Assembly (NCBI GenBank): GCA_019358935.1
Contig: JAHHIK010000003.1
Location: 64,001-128,000, forward strand
From: Tolypothrix carrinoi HA7290-LM1
GTDB lineage: Bacteria > Cyanobacteriota > Cyanobacteriia > Cyanobacteriales > Nostocaceae
Length of the DNA: 64,000 nucleotides
Reading direction: 5' to 3'
The notes under the pieces are model-generated. The model ran no database searches and was not told where the DNA came from. It saw only the letters and a program-made list of their open reading frames with translations. The position numbers were made by a program, and so were the translations under genes. Of this stretch, positions 19,801 to 31,219 are shown piece by piece. The first letter of the stretch is position 1. The number at the start of each line of letters is the position of its first letter.

Positions 19801-20853
19801 ATGACTACATCAACAATCAGCGGCAAACAAGAAGCTTGTGACTTAGGTAATTCCGACCTGAGGCTTAAAGATATTATCAAAACCCTGCCACGAGAATGTT
19901 TTGTGCAGGATCGCCGCAAAGCTTGGACAACAGCAATAATCAGTGTCTTGATGGTTGGCTTGGGCTACTTAAGCCTGATATTCTCTCCTTGGTTTCTCTT
20001 ACCCGTAGCGTGGATTTTCACAGGAACCGCGTTGACGGGTTTTTTTGTGATCGGGCATGATTGTGGTCATCGTTCATTTGCCAAACGTCGTTGGGTAAAT
20101 GATGTGGTAGGGCATTTATTTATGATGCCGTTGATTTACCCGTTCCACAGTTGGCGGATTAAGCATAATTATCATCACACTCATACCAATAAGCTAGACG
20201 AAGACAACGCTTGGCATCCCATCAGACCAGAAGTATTTGAAGGTTGGGATAAAACCCGACAGTCTGCTTTTGAGGTATTCATCACTAAACGCCTGTGGTG
20301 GGTAGGTTCAGTTGGACATTGGGCGGTTGTACACTTTGATTGGCGAAAGTTCCAAACTAAAGAGCAATCAAGTGTTAAACTTTCTGTGGCTGTAGTGTTG
20401 CTTTTTGCTGCGATCGCTTTCCCAACTCTCATCGCTACAACTGGTATTTGGGGTTTTGTCAAATTTTGGCTGATACCCTGGCTGGTCTACCATTTCTGGA
20501 TGAGTACCTTTACTATTGTTCACCATACCGCTTCAGATGTTCCTTTCGTGGAAGCTTCTAAGTGGAATGCTGGAATAGCACAGCTATTTGGCTCAATTCA
20601 CTGCGATTACCCACGCTGGGTAGAATTCCTTTGCCACGATATTAATGTTCACGTCCCCCATCACATTTCTACTGCTATTCCCTCTTATAATTTGCGGATG
20701 GCGTATCGCAGTATCCAAGAAAATTGGGGCACGTATCTACATGATGAATGTCGGTTTTCTTGGTCTTTAATGAAGCAAATTACAGACCAATGTCAACTGT
20801 ATAGAACCGATAGTGGCTATCAGTCTTTTAACGACTATTACGCAGGACGATAA
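19801..20853 (+). CDS. desA: Delta-12 acyl-lipid desaturase
   Basis: GHDCGH, HNYHH, HVPHH boxes. Position between desC and desB. Confidence 0.93.
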   Translation: MTTSTISGKQEACDLGNSDLRLKDIIKTLPRECFVQDRRKAWTTAIISVLMVGLGYLSLIFSPWFLLPVAWIFTGTALTGFFVIGHDCGHRSFAKRRWVNDVVGHLFMMPLIYPFHSWRIKHNYHHTHTNKLDEDNAWHPIRPEVFEGWDKTRQSAFEVFITKRLWWVGSVGHWAVVHFDWRKFQTKEQSSVKLSVAVVLLFAAIAFPTLIATTGIWGFVKFWLIPWLVYHFWMSTFTIVHHTASDVPFVEASKWNAGIAQLFGSIHCDYPRWVEFLCHDINVHVPHHISTAIPSYNLRMAYRSIQENWGTYLHDECRFSWSLMKQITDQCQLYRTDSGYQSFNDYYAGR

Positions 20854-21089
20854 AAAAGCTTGAAGTGTCAAGTATAAAGTGTGAAATAAGTTTAGATTTT
20901 CATGCTTTATCCTTCATGCTTTCAAATAGATTCTGGCAATCATTCATACACGCAAAGTGTTAGAGACATTGCCAGATAGATTCATCCTGCAAACAAACAA
21001 AAACTGAAACATACCTCAAACAATGCGTTCCGGAGGTTAAATTTCATGCGTTCAAAAAATGTCCGATTCATTGACTACAACAAAATCAA

Positions 21090-22151
21090 GTGCAATTAGA
21101 TACAGTTAAATTAGATAATCCTCAGAACTCGAATGAGGATACAACCAACCTGCCCTTCACCCTTGGTGATTTGAAAGCTGCAATACCCGCTGAATGTTTT
21201 CAGCCTAATGTGGGCAAATCACTTTATTATTTTTTTCAAGACATCTTGATTATTGGTCTGCTTTATGCAGTCGCTCATTACCTGGACTCTTGGTATTTCT
21301 TTCCGATTTTCTGGGTAATGCAAGGAACGATGTTTTGGGCTTTATTTGTAGTTGGACATGACTGCGGACACCAATCTTTTTCTAAAAAGAAATGGTTGAA
21401 TGATTTGATTGGTCATCTTTCGCACACACCGATACTCGTTCCTTATCATGGTTGGCGAATTAGCCATAGAACTCACCACTTAAATACTGCCAGTCTGGAA
21501 AATGATGAAAGCTGGTATCCTGTGAGTGAGTCAGAGTACAAAGCGATGCCTTGGGATGAAAAAATAGGTCGATATTATGTGTTTTTATTGGCTTATCCGG
21601 TGTATTTATTTATGCGGAGTCCTAATAAAGAGGGTTCCCACTTTCACCCCAACAGCCCGCTTTTTAAACCTTCAGAAAAATGGGATGTCATCACCAGCAG
21701 TATCTGGTTAATTTGCATGGTGAGTTTACTAGCTTTAGGAACTTACCAATGGGGTTGGATGTGGTTGTTGAAATACTATGCTGTACCCTATCTTGTGTTT
21801 ATCATGTGGCTCGACTTGGTGACATTTTTGCACCACACCGAAGCAGATATTCCCTGGTATCGTGGCGAAAATTGGACTTTTTTGAAAGGTGCTATTTCTA
21901 CCATTGACCGCGATTATGGTTTTATTAACCATATCCATCATGATATCGGTACTCATGTAGCTCACCACATTTTCTTGAATATGCCTCACTACAATTTGAA
22001 AAAGGCTACTGAGGCTATTAAACCAATTTTGGGTGACTACTATCGCAAATCTGAAGAGCCAATTTGGAAATCAGTTTGGCGTTCATCTCTTAGTTGTCAT
22101 TTTGTCCCGGATACTGGAGATAAGGTTTACTATACTTCTAACAATAAGTAA
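21090..22151 (+). CDS. desB: Omega-3 (delta-15) acyl-lipid desaturase
   Basis: GTMFWALFVVGHDCGH, GWRISHRTHH, HDIGTHVAHH. Confidence 0.93.
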   Translation: MQLDTVKLDNPQNSNEDTTNLPFTLGDLKAAIPAECFQPNVGKSLYYFFQDILIIGLLYAVAHYLDSWYFFPIFWVMQGTMFWALFVVGHDCGHQSFSKKKWLNDLIGHLSHTPILVPYHGWRISHRTHHLNTASLENDESWYPVSESEYKAMPWDEKIGRYYVFLLAYPVYLFMRSPNKEGSHFHPNSPLFKPSEKWDVITSSIWLICMVSLLALGTYQWGWMWLLKYYAVPYLVFIMWLDLVTFLHHTEADIPWYRGENWTFLKGAISTIDRDYGFINHIHHDIGTHVAHHIFLNMPHYNLKKATEAIKPILGDYYRKSEEPIWKSVWRSSLSCHFVPDTGDKVYYTSNNK

Positions 22152-22179
22152 ATTACCCCTCAGACTAAAAATCTGGGGC

Positions 22180-22289
22180 TATACAGCAGAATTCAGAATT
22201 CAGGAGCCAGAATTCAGAAGGAAAACAGGCTTTATACTTGGCTTTGAGACTAAGGTTGTCTACTTCATCAACTTAAAATCCGTTGTATA
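22180..22289. mobile_element. TA-flanked MITE-like element
   Basis: Imperfect terminal inverted repeats tatacagcagaattcag...ttaaaatccgttgtata, with internal cagaatt heptamers. Confidence 0.5.
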
Positions 22290-22426
22290 AACGTTCGCGT
22301 AGCGTCCCGCAGGGAAGTTTGCCTACGCGGACTTTTTTTATCAGGAATTTTGCAAAAATTATATGATTTTGAATTTTATGAATAAGGTTAAGATGACTGT
22401 ATTGTGAACTATATGTGAAAAATTGT

Positions 22427-22981
22427 ATGACTCTCACTATTGAAGATGTAGAAAGACTACAACAAAAGCTACAAGAGGATGAACAGGACTACCAAATAGA
22501 ACTGCAAGAAGGAAATCTTCTAGTTATGGGACCATCAGACATCGAATCTAGTGAAATCGGCGCTCAGTTAATATTTTTACTAAAACTATGGGTTAATCCT
22601 CGTAAAATTGGGCGGATATTTGACTCAAGTGGTGGGTTTATTATGCCAAATACTGATTTACGCGCTCCCGATGTGTCTTTTGTGGCGGCGGAAAGACTAA
22701 AACGCACTGTTAGAGATTTTGGTCAGTTAGTACCTGATTTGGTTGTAGAGATAAAATCGAAAACAGATAGAATTTCTAAATTAGAAGATAAAGTCAAGTT
22801 ATTTTTGGAATTAGGCGCGAGGATAGGAATATTAATTAATCCAGATGAGTTAACTGTAAGTGTTTATCGTCCTAATGGTGATATTGAAGTTTTGACGGGG
22901 AATGATAAGTTAACTATTGCTGAGTTATTTCCTGGCTGGGAAGTTGCGATTTCTGAATTATGGCCACCTGTGTTTGAGTGA
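22427..22981 (+). CDS. Uma2 family endonuclease
   Basis: EL.EG.L.VMGP, SSGGF.MPN.D.RAPDVSF, PDLVVEIKS.TD, LG...G.LINP. Confidence 0.92.
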   Translation: MTLTIEDVERLQQKLQEDEQDYQIELQEGNLLVMGPSDIESSEIGAQLIFLLKLWVNPRKIGRIFDSSGGFIMPNTDLRAPDVSFVAAERLKRTVRDFGQLVPDLVVEIKSKTDRISKLEDKVKLFLELGARIGILINPDELTVSVYRPNGDIEVLTGNDKLTIAELFPGWEVAISELWPPVFE

Positions 22982-23090
22982 TTTTAGATGTTGCTATTGG
23001 CTAAAATAACCTTGGTAAAGTAGGGTGCGTTATATTTTGTTAACGCACCTTAGTTTTAACTTTTATTATCTAGATTTACATCTAACGTAT

Positions 23091-23864
23091 ATGAAATTAA
23101 TTATCAATCAATCTTCACTCTCGAAAGTTAAGCCAGAATATCAAAAACTGCTTAACGACTTGCGAGAAAAAGTAGAAAATCGCTTTGGGGTTGACTTGTG
23201 TGCTTATTATCTTTTGGGTAGTGTTGGACGTGGAGAAGACCGTCCAGGAATTTCAGACATGGATACAGTAGTTATTCTGCGACGTGGTATCACTGATGAC
23301 GATGAAGCATGGGAAAAAGAAATCAAAGACGAATTTGAGCCACAATATCCTAAACTTGAGCGTCTTGACATCAGTTCTATGGAAGAAAAAGAATTTGATG
23401 ACCCAAAAGCAGAACGATTGAGATTTATTTTCAAAACGGATAGTGTGTTGATTTGCGGTCAAGATATTACAGCCAAATTTTCATCATATCCGCCGGGGTT
23501 GGAATTAGCAAAACTTTTGAATAGTAATTACTACAAAGCATTAGAGGAGATACAGAAAGATATTATAGAACCAGATGAAGATGACCGAAATAATCCTAAA
23601 TATGTAATGGAATACGTGCGGTGGTTATCAAAAAAAGTGTTGCGTTTGTGTTTGGGTATTGTCATGGTAGATGAGCCATTCTACACTAGAAATATGCAGG
23701 AAATGACGCAAAAGTTTTCTGAATATTATCCGTTTTACCAACCGCAAGCAGAAACAGCTTTACGTCAATATGTGGAACCAACTAATAATGTAGCCGAAGC
23801 ACTTGATTTTATTAACGAAATGAGGGCAACTATATATAAGCTGGCGGATGAAAAGTTAGGATAA
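23091..23864 (+). CDS. Nucleotidyltransferase-domain protein (Pol beta superfamily)
   Basis: YLLGSVGRGE....SDMD motif, followed by a helical C-terminal region. Confidence 0.7.
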   Translation: MKLIINQSSLSKVKPEYQKLLNDLREKVENRFGVDLCAYYLLGSVGRGEDRPGISDMDTVVILRRGITDDDEAWEKEIKDEFEPQYPKLERLDISSMEEKEFDDPKAERLRFIFKTDSVLICGQDITAKFSSYPPGLELAKLLNSNYYKALEEIQKDIIEPDEDDRNNPKYVMEYVRWLSKKVLRLCLGIVMVDEPFYTRNMQEMTQKFSEYYPFYQPQAETALRQYVEPTNNVAEALDFINEMRATIYKLADEKLG

Positions 23865-23872
23865 AACTGATA

Positions 23873-24337
23873 TTAAACAAGCTTTTTCTCAAAGAAAAGA
23901 CTCAACCCTTCTGGTTTATAGTCTCCAAATGCAGGAATTCTGTAAAAGCCAAGCTTTTCATACAATCCAATAGCTTCTAGTTGATAGATACCTGTTTCTA
24001 TACGCAGTGTGTAAATATTCGCTTGCTTTGCGGATAGTTCTATCTGATTAAGGATTTTCTTACCAATTCCTTTACCGCGAAAGGCTGGTTTAATATACAT
24101 CCGTTTTACTTCAGCATAAAGGGGTGCAAATAACTTTAAAGCGCCACAGCCAACTGGCTCATCGTCTAGTTTAGCAAGAAAAACGGTAACAGATTTATTA
24201 AGCAAAGCCGGAATATCAAGACCGTGCCTACTCTCAGGAGGATAAAGAGCCGCCAAATGATTGTCAAGTTCCGCAATCAATTCTTGAATAGCAGAAGAAG
24301 TCGGATTTTCTGGATAAATTAGCAATTTTGGACTCAT
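23873..24337 (-). CDS. GNAT family N-acetyltransferase
   Basis: VGCGAL, AEVKRMY..PAFRGKGIG, ETG..Q.EAIGLYEKLGF. Confidence 0.92.
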   Translation of the reverse strand: MSPKLLIYPENPTSSAIQELIAELDNHLAALYPPESRHGLDIPALLNKSVTVFLAKLDDEPVGCGALKLFAPLYAEVKRMYIKPAFRGKGIGKKILNQIELSAKQANIYTLRIETGIYQLEAIGLYEKLGFYRIPAFGDYKPEGLSLFFEKKLV

Positions 24338-24393
24338 AACTAAATAATTCCGCAAAGATACGAAACCCAACCTACAATTATTCTTAACTCCTC

Positions 24394-24423
24394 GTACAGA
24401 CGTTCGGTGTGGAACGTCTCTAC
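24394..24423. repeat. REP-like palindrome GTAGAGACGTTC-N-GAACGTCTCTAC family
   Basis: Differs from 28501-28530 by one base. A degenerate copy lies near 32548-32571. Confidence 0.8.
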
Positions 24424-24437
24424 CTAATTCCTAACTT

Positions 24438-25703
24438 TTAAAACCGTCCATTTCCCTGCACAATATGTTTAACCGTCGTCAAAGTTTCTAAACTAATCAA
24501 ACCGCGTCGATGACCTTTTTGATTAGACATTCCTAAAAATACTGAGTCTCCCCGCGAGGGGTTGCGAGAAAAGCGGGGGGAAGCGTTGATGTAGGTAGAA
24601 GCGCTGTTGACTCCTAAGGCAAATTGCCGACTTTCCTGATAAGATTCGGTGACAATGCAATCGGCATGACCGCTGCTGTATTGATTAATCCAGGCGATCG
24701 CTACTTCTAAACTATCCACCAGTTTAAATGCCACTGTCTTAGTTAAATAAGCACTTCCCCACTCAGTATCTTTAACTAGCTGCAATTGCGGAAAGGCTTC
24801 TATTAATTCGGCATCTGCTTTAATTTCAAAGCCTTTTTCTTTCAAGCTGTTCCACAAAACCGCTAAAGATGACGGTAAAGCTTGGCGATGAATTAATACC
24901 TTTTCTATGGCGTTTACTGGGTCTGGTTCGCTTTGATAGCTGTCTAAAATCACTCCACGCACCATTTCCAAACTGCCATTCAGCGACCAGTAAAGGTAAC
25001 AGTTGCCCATTCCTGATTTTAACACAGGAACGGTTGACTGTCGCACTACTTGTTGTACTAAGCTAGAACGTCCGTAGGGAATGACTAAATTTAGGTATTG
25101 GTCTAGGGTGACTAAATCCCGAATTGAAGCCCCATGTTCGGCGCTGACTAATTCTAAACAGCCTGATGGTAAATTAACTTCGGCGATCGCACTTTGCAAG
25201 GCATTAGCGATCGCCGCGTTAGAATGACTAGCTTCAGCACCACCTTTGAGAATGATACTGTTGCCGGTTTTGATGCATAAACCCGCTGCGATCGCTCCTA
25301 AATCGGGAAATGCCTCATAAATAAATGCAATCACTCCCAAAGGCATTAACTGCGAGTAAGTTTGCGAGTCTTCTAGCTGATAGTCGGCGTTTCTCACCCG
25401 TCGCAGCGGATCTGGTAATTCCCCCAACCTTTGCAAAATCTCCACTGTGGTTTCTAAGCGTTGTGGAGTTAGCTTTAGCCAGTCCAAAATCAAGTCTGGC
25501 ACCGCCATTTCCCGACTTGCTTCTAGATCCAACGTATTTGCCTCTAGAATGTCATCAAACGAGCGGTTGAGTGCCTCTGCCATCGCCAACACAGCACGAC
25601 TGCGATCGGCTCCTCTGGTGATGCCTAATTTGAGGGAAGCTAGATAAGCGCGAAAAGCGCTTTTCATGGGTTCGGGGCGATCGTCAAAAACTTCAACTGT
25701 CAT
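24438..25703 (-). CDS. Gamma-glutamyl phosphate reductase (ProA)-like paralogue
   Basis: PLGVIAFIYE, KTGN..ILKGG.EA..SN, LVIPYG, INQYSSGHADCI, NASPRF. The catalytic Cys motif is altered (EPDPVNAIE). Confidence 0.85.
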   Translation of the reverse strand: MTVEVFDDRPEPMKSAFRAYLASLKLGITRGADRSRAVLAMAEALNRSFDDILEANTLDLEASREMAVPDLILDWLKLTPQRLETTVEILQRLGELPDPLRRVRNADYQLEDSQTYSQLMPLGVIAFIYEAFPDLGAIAAGLCIKTGNSIILKGGAEASHSNAAIANALQSAIAEVNLPSGCLELVSAEHGASIRDLVTLDQYLNLVIPYGRSSLVQQVVRQSTVPVLKSGMGNCYLYWSLNGSLEMVRGVILDSYQSEPDPVNAIEKVLIHRQALPSSLAVLWNSLKEKGFEIKADAELIEAFPQLQLVKDTEWGSAYLTKTVAFKLVDSLEVAIAWINQYSSGHADCIVTESYQESRQFALGVNSASTYINASPRFSRNPSRGDSVFLGMSNQKGHRRGLISLETLTTVKHIVQGNGRF

Positions 25704-25707
25704 TGAG

Positions 25708-26115
25708 TTAACGTCTGTAGGTTAGCCAGACCATCAGTGCGGGTAAGATAGCCAAAAGCACCGCGACCATTGCCCAAACAATAATGCTGGAACCATTTGC
25801 TAATCGCAGTGCTAATGGCAGCCATATAATCACTAGCACGAAAATGATACTCAGCGCTATGGGCAGATAACTTTCTCCAAACCGAGGATGCACAACATGC
25901 CAACTAGAACCTGTCCAGCGCCAAGCTCGCTTGTAGGGATAGGTGGTGGAAAGTTGCTCTAGCACAATACCATTATCTTGCACTACAAAGATTTGCTGAC
26001 AGCGATCGCAACCAAAGGCATCTGTCAGCGTAATCGGAATTAAGCGTCCCCGACGACGACAGGGACACGGATATTCATTGTTAAAATCTATTTTTTCGGC
26101 TTTTTGGGATTGCAC
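25708..26115 (-). CDS. Conserved hypothetical protein with Zn-ribbon and two C-terminal TM helices
   Basis: YPCPC...FGCDRC followed by two hydrophobic segments. Probable GTG start near 26115; ORF extends to 26184. Confidence 0.7.
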   Translation of the reverse strand: MQSQKAEKIDFNNEYPCPCRRRGRLIPITLTDAFGCDRCQQIFVVQDNGIVLEQLSTTYPYKRAWRWTGSSWHVVHPRFGESYLPIALSIIFVLVIIWLPLALRLANGSSIIVWAMVAVLLAILPALMVWLTYRR

Positions 26116-26944
26116 AACCGACTTAATAACTTGAGCGTGTTTATCAAAATATACGAGAATAACTTTCTTTATGGCAAATGCCATAGGGGGTAGCTATTTT
26201 CGTAACAACTTTTTATATCAATAGCGTAGGTAGAGAAAACTTGCCACAATTTATCTTAATTGATTTGCCTATTTACACAAGTCGGACATCTGACCGGAGG
26301 ATATCTGGCAGTAAATTTTAAGAAATTCTTTCATTTGTGGCTTTCAAAGTAATGCACGTTGCCTTTTTGGGACATTTATTGTATGGGGATATCTGGTCTT
26401 GTAATGCGATCGCCAAAACTTTGTTCAAGCAACTCAATTGTGGTAGGTGTGAGCAATGTGCTGTGAATAATCCCTATTGCTTTACCGGGATTTTCTCTTT
26501 TATCAGTCAGTTGGTGTTAATGATTGCCCTCAGATATCTTTTACCTAATTTTATTCTCAAAAGGCGATTTGCACTTTCTAAGAATTTAATTTAACTTTCG
26601 TTACCTTTAATTAAGTCTAGTACACCCTATACAAAACATGTTATCTATAATATGACTCTTGGGCAAGAGCTATCCGCTAAACAGTCAAACCCAGATACGC
26701 AGGCTAAAGTTATCTCCGTCAGTGCAGATATGGATAACGTCGCAGACATCAAAAAAATCGCCATAAGACCTGACACAAGCGAGCAGCGCTATTCGGTATA
26801 AATAGTCCAGATAAGACAATATTAAGAATAAGAGACTGGGGAATAATCTTCAACGCATCCCCAATCTCCTATTACCATACCAATCATTAATCACACTAAA
26901 CACGAACCATAAACCCCATTTAGGGGTAAGCAGGAGCAAAAGCC

Positions 26945-27895
<951 letters not shown>

Positions 27896-28500
27896 TCAAA
27901 GCGATTAGTTACAGCAAAACTTTAACAAAAGCATTGCTATCCATCCATCAACAAAACCTCAATTGGTTAATAGTCCAAATGTTTAGAGTGGTATTATTAA
28001 TTCAGATAAATTACGGAAAATATTTCCTTAACTTTTTCCATAACCAAGCGAATTACATTCCACTCTAAATGTTTGCTACCACGTCCCCAACGCAGGCTGC
28101 AAGTTGATACGATAGACGTACTAAGTCGCGCAAAATACAGCGTGCAACACTCGTTACAAAACGCGATCGCATCAGTACTTTATCGGCGTTGATTGTACAA
28201 AAGCTTTGTTGGACAAGGCTTTTAGCTTAAGAATGCCAACAAGTGCATTCCACATATTGTCTAGAAGCCTGACTCGTACTCAATCTATATAACGCTTGAT
28301 TCTCGACTTCACCTTCAGCCGGAATCAAAGCGCCTTCATCTCTCCATTACAAAGAGTTGTCATGTATTTAACTGTATTTGCCAATACAAAAGGATTAATC
28401 TAAATTGCTTTCATTTGGGTTAAGTTGAGTCACACACTGCGTTTGACTGTATCGCAGCCTGCAAATTCTTACTCAAATAACCTTAATTTCATTAACCCTT

Positions 28501-28635
28501 GTAGAGACGTTCGGTGTGGAACGTCTCTACAATATGTGTGATTTCCCAAACATGATGTAATAAACAAACGGAGTGGAAAACAATTATGCGTTGCCCGAAG
28601 TACGAGTGTAGGGACAATTCATGAATTGTCCCTAC
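28501..28635. repeat. Two GTAG-type REP-like palindromes
   Basis: gtagagacgttcggtgtggaacgtctctac (28501-28530) and gtagggacaattcatgaattgtccctac (28608-28635). Confidence 0.85.
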
Positions 28636-28661
28636 GAATTTACCAAACATGATATAATATG

Positions 28662-30407
28662 TCATTCCAATTTTGTCTTGAAAACTTCAGACACATTCTG
28701 CAACAATATCTCGCGCACCGAATCCAAATTATTTGGTTTTGATGACTCAGTTAAAGTTCTTGTTTTCAACTGATTTGAATCAGAATTTTCGCTCTTTAAA
28801 GCTTCGGCTAATTGCTGATAAAGTTCCGGGTTTGTCGCCAAATAAAAAGCTAGTTCTTGTCCCACCTCTTTTAATCGCTGTGGTAATTCACTTTCTGTTG
28901 TTTGCAACAGTTCAGCAAGACTTGCTTGCAGTTTCTTGTTATCTTCAACCACTTGCATAAAATTAGTTTCTTCTTGACTGTCAAATACTTGCTCCTCAAA
29001 CAGATGAGCGAAAGTATCGAGTTTTCCGCTGTCTATAGCCGGATGTTGTTCTAAAGCTTGTGCTGGTGCAATTATTGAGCGAGTAGCATTATCAGGTAAT
29101 GGTGCTGCAAGGACTTTCTCTGCATTGACAATTCCTGCACCAAATTTATTCGGTTTCCATGTAGGAAATTCCTCACAACTATCACGCAAAATTTGATTAA
29201 AGATAAAAGGAATCTTTTCAGCTCCATAGCGTTGGATGAGTTGATCTCGTCCATGATATGACAACCATAAAGCCGCTATACCCGCGACTTGGGGAGTACA
29301 TAAAGAAGTGCCGGTACCTGGTTCAACATCATATTCAATTTCACCGTTTTTCTTTTTAGTTTTTGCACACCAAACTTTATCACAAGGCGCCGTGACATCA
29401 ACTTGCTGTCCCCTTGCTGAACCCTTCCATATTTCACGTTGTGCATCACAACCAGTAACAGCAATTACTTCCTCATAAGCAGCGGGCCAAACTACGTAAG
29501 GAACAAAGTTACCAGCAGCTGCTACTATAATTAAGCCTCGTTTTTGAGCATAAGTTATCGCACTTCGCAGCCGTTTGTTAAACAAACCACTACCCAAGCT
29601 AATTGAGAGGACATGAGCGCCATTATCTGCTGCATATTCGATCGCTTTAGCTAGATTAAGTACACTCAGTAGTATAACTGAGTAACAGACTCGCAACGGT
29701 ATTATTTTTGCGCCCGGAGCTACTCCCGTCATTCCTTTTCCGCTTGGGTAATTGCGTTGTGCTCCTCTTGGACTACTCATCAAACTAGATGTGTATGTGC
29801 CGTGACTTGGAGCGGGTAACAATACCCCTGAAGGTGCTTCGAGTTCGTCTTTAGCGTCTTGATCGTTCTTGAGAAAATCGTAGCCTTTTTTTATAAGTAT
29901 ATTAGTAATAATTTCCGGATGTTCGGTATAACCTGTATCCGGTAGCCCGATAATAATTCCGTGCCCTGGTGGTCGATTCGGGTCAGGGAAAAAGCGTGAC
30001 CATGCCTCAAATACGCGCATCTGTTTGAGACTCCACTCGACATCAGTGTTAAGATTATCTATTGAGCGTTCCATGACAACTTCAGGCTCAAGATTGAAGT
30101 CTTGGCGATCGCTTAAAGGAACTGCAAACAGTGGCTGTGCATCCACAACTCCTGGTTGAGAACGCAGATTATAAGACTTATCCCAAGCATCTTTGACTGA
30201 CAAAACTTCTTTGTTAAGAGTGACTTCAAACTCAGTCGAATTATCACCAATTTGCTTTACATTCCAATCTAAACCAAATGCTTCGGTGACGATTTCCTGG
30301 ACTCTCTGCTTTTGTCCCGGCATTGCCATCTCTATAAAAAATCCTTCAAACTTAGGACTTAAGTTATTTGGATTGTGAAGGCGATCGCTAATATCCATAA
30401 AATTCAC
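28662..30407 (-). CDS. S8 (subtilase) serine peptidase
   Basis: Catalytic triad motifs PDTG, SHGT and GTSLCTPQVAG; oxyanion AAAGN. No obvious signal peptide. Confidence 0.9.
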   Translation of the reverse strand: MNFMDISDRLHNPNNLSPKFEGFFIEMAMPGQKQRVQEIVTEAFGLDWNVKQIGDNSTEFEVTLNKEVLSVKDAWDKSYNLRSQPGVVDAQPLFAVPLSDRQDFNLEPEVVMERSIDNLNTDVEWSLKQMRVFEAWSRFFPDPNRPPGHGIIIGLPDTGYTEHPEIITNILIKKGYDFLKNDQDAKDELEAPSGVLLPAPSHGTYTSSLMSSPRGAQRNYPSGKGMTGVAPGAKIIPLRVCYSVILLSVLNLAKAIEYAADNGAHVLSISLGSGLFNKRLRSAITYAQKRGLIIVAAAGNFVPYVVWPAAYEEVIAVTGCDAQREIWKGSARGQQVDVTAPCDKVWCAKTKKKNGEIEYDVEPGTGTSLCTPQVAGIAALWLSYHGRDQLIQRYGAEKIPFIFNQILRDSCEEFPTWKPNKFGAGIVNAEKVLAAPLPDNATRSIIAPAQALEQHPAIDSGKLDTFAHLFEEQVFDSQEETNFMQVVEDNKKLQASLAELLQTTESELPQRLKEVGQELAFYLATNPELYQQLAEALKSENSDSNQLKTRTLTESSKPNNLDSVREILLQNVSEVFKTKLE

Positions 30408-30851
30408 CTCTAGTAAAATAGCAGATACAAGACTTACGTAACTGTTGCAGCACCCACGAGTTGAAAAAAGACTGGAGAAGTCAGTAGTTCATCTAAGCGT
30501 GAGATAACCGCCTATTACATGCTAAAAACATCTGCATTCTAACCGTTTTTAGGTTCTGATTTGACAAATTACTACGTATATTTACATTTTGCAAAGTATG
30601 TGCATTTAGAAAAAATTAACTTTTACACTGCATAATCTTGCATAATTTATATTGCTAAAAAAATGTTATAAATCGCTCATCCGTTAACTTAACAATCGGC
30701 ATTCTACTGAATGCGCTGATAATATTTTTGAGAATGCAAATACAACCCATCAACTGCTAGAAATATTAATTATTTTTAAAGGTTAATAATTAAATCAAAG
30801 TTTGTTGTTAATATTTATGAGTAACATTTTCCTTTATTAGGGTAATAAAAG

Positions 30852-31061
30852 ATGAAAATTAGCGCACGCAATGCTATCAAAGCTACTGTGAAAAAAATTG
30901 AACCAGGCTCTATTAACACTGAAGTAGTATTAGAAATAGCACCTGGAGTAGAAATAACAGCAATAATTACAAAACATTCAGCAGAGACCCTAGGACTTGC
31001 AGAAGGCAAAGAAGCTTATGCAGTAATTAAATCAACCGATGTAATGGTAGCTGTAGAATAG
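30852..31061 (+). CDS. mop: Molybdenum-pterin-binding protein (single TOBE/molbindin)
   Basis: MKISARN...ITAIITK.S...LGL.EG.EAYAVIKSTDV. Confidence 0.92.
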   Translation: MKISARNAIKATVKKIEPGSINTEVVLEIAPGVEITAIITKHSAETLGLAEGKEAYAVIKSTDVMVAVE

Positions 31062-31091
31062 ATATTTAGCGACTAGATCAACAAACGATTT

Positions 31092-31124
31092 AGAAACCCG
31101 ACTTCTTAAATAAGTCGGGTTTCT
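31092..31124. terminator. Strong hairpin between convergent mop and regulator genes
   Basis: agaaacccgactt-cttaaat-aagtcgggtttct, a 13-bp perfect stem. Confidence 0.65.
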
Positions 31125-31219
31125 GGGCATGGTTGTCACTTTGAGAAAATACAAAATTAAATTTTGCTGCCAATATTTCAATTCTTAATTATTAGAAACT
31201 CAAAGAAATTAACTCAGCT

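Noticed and set aside
26185..26944. nif excision element or nifD fragment downstream of nifH
   Set aside because: nifH is uninterrupted, and I found no recombinase or nifD-like translation here.
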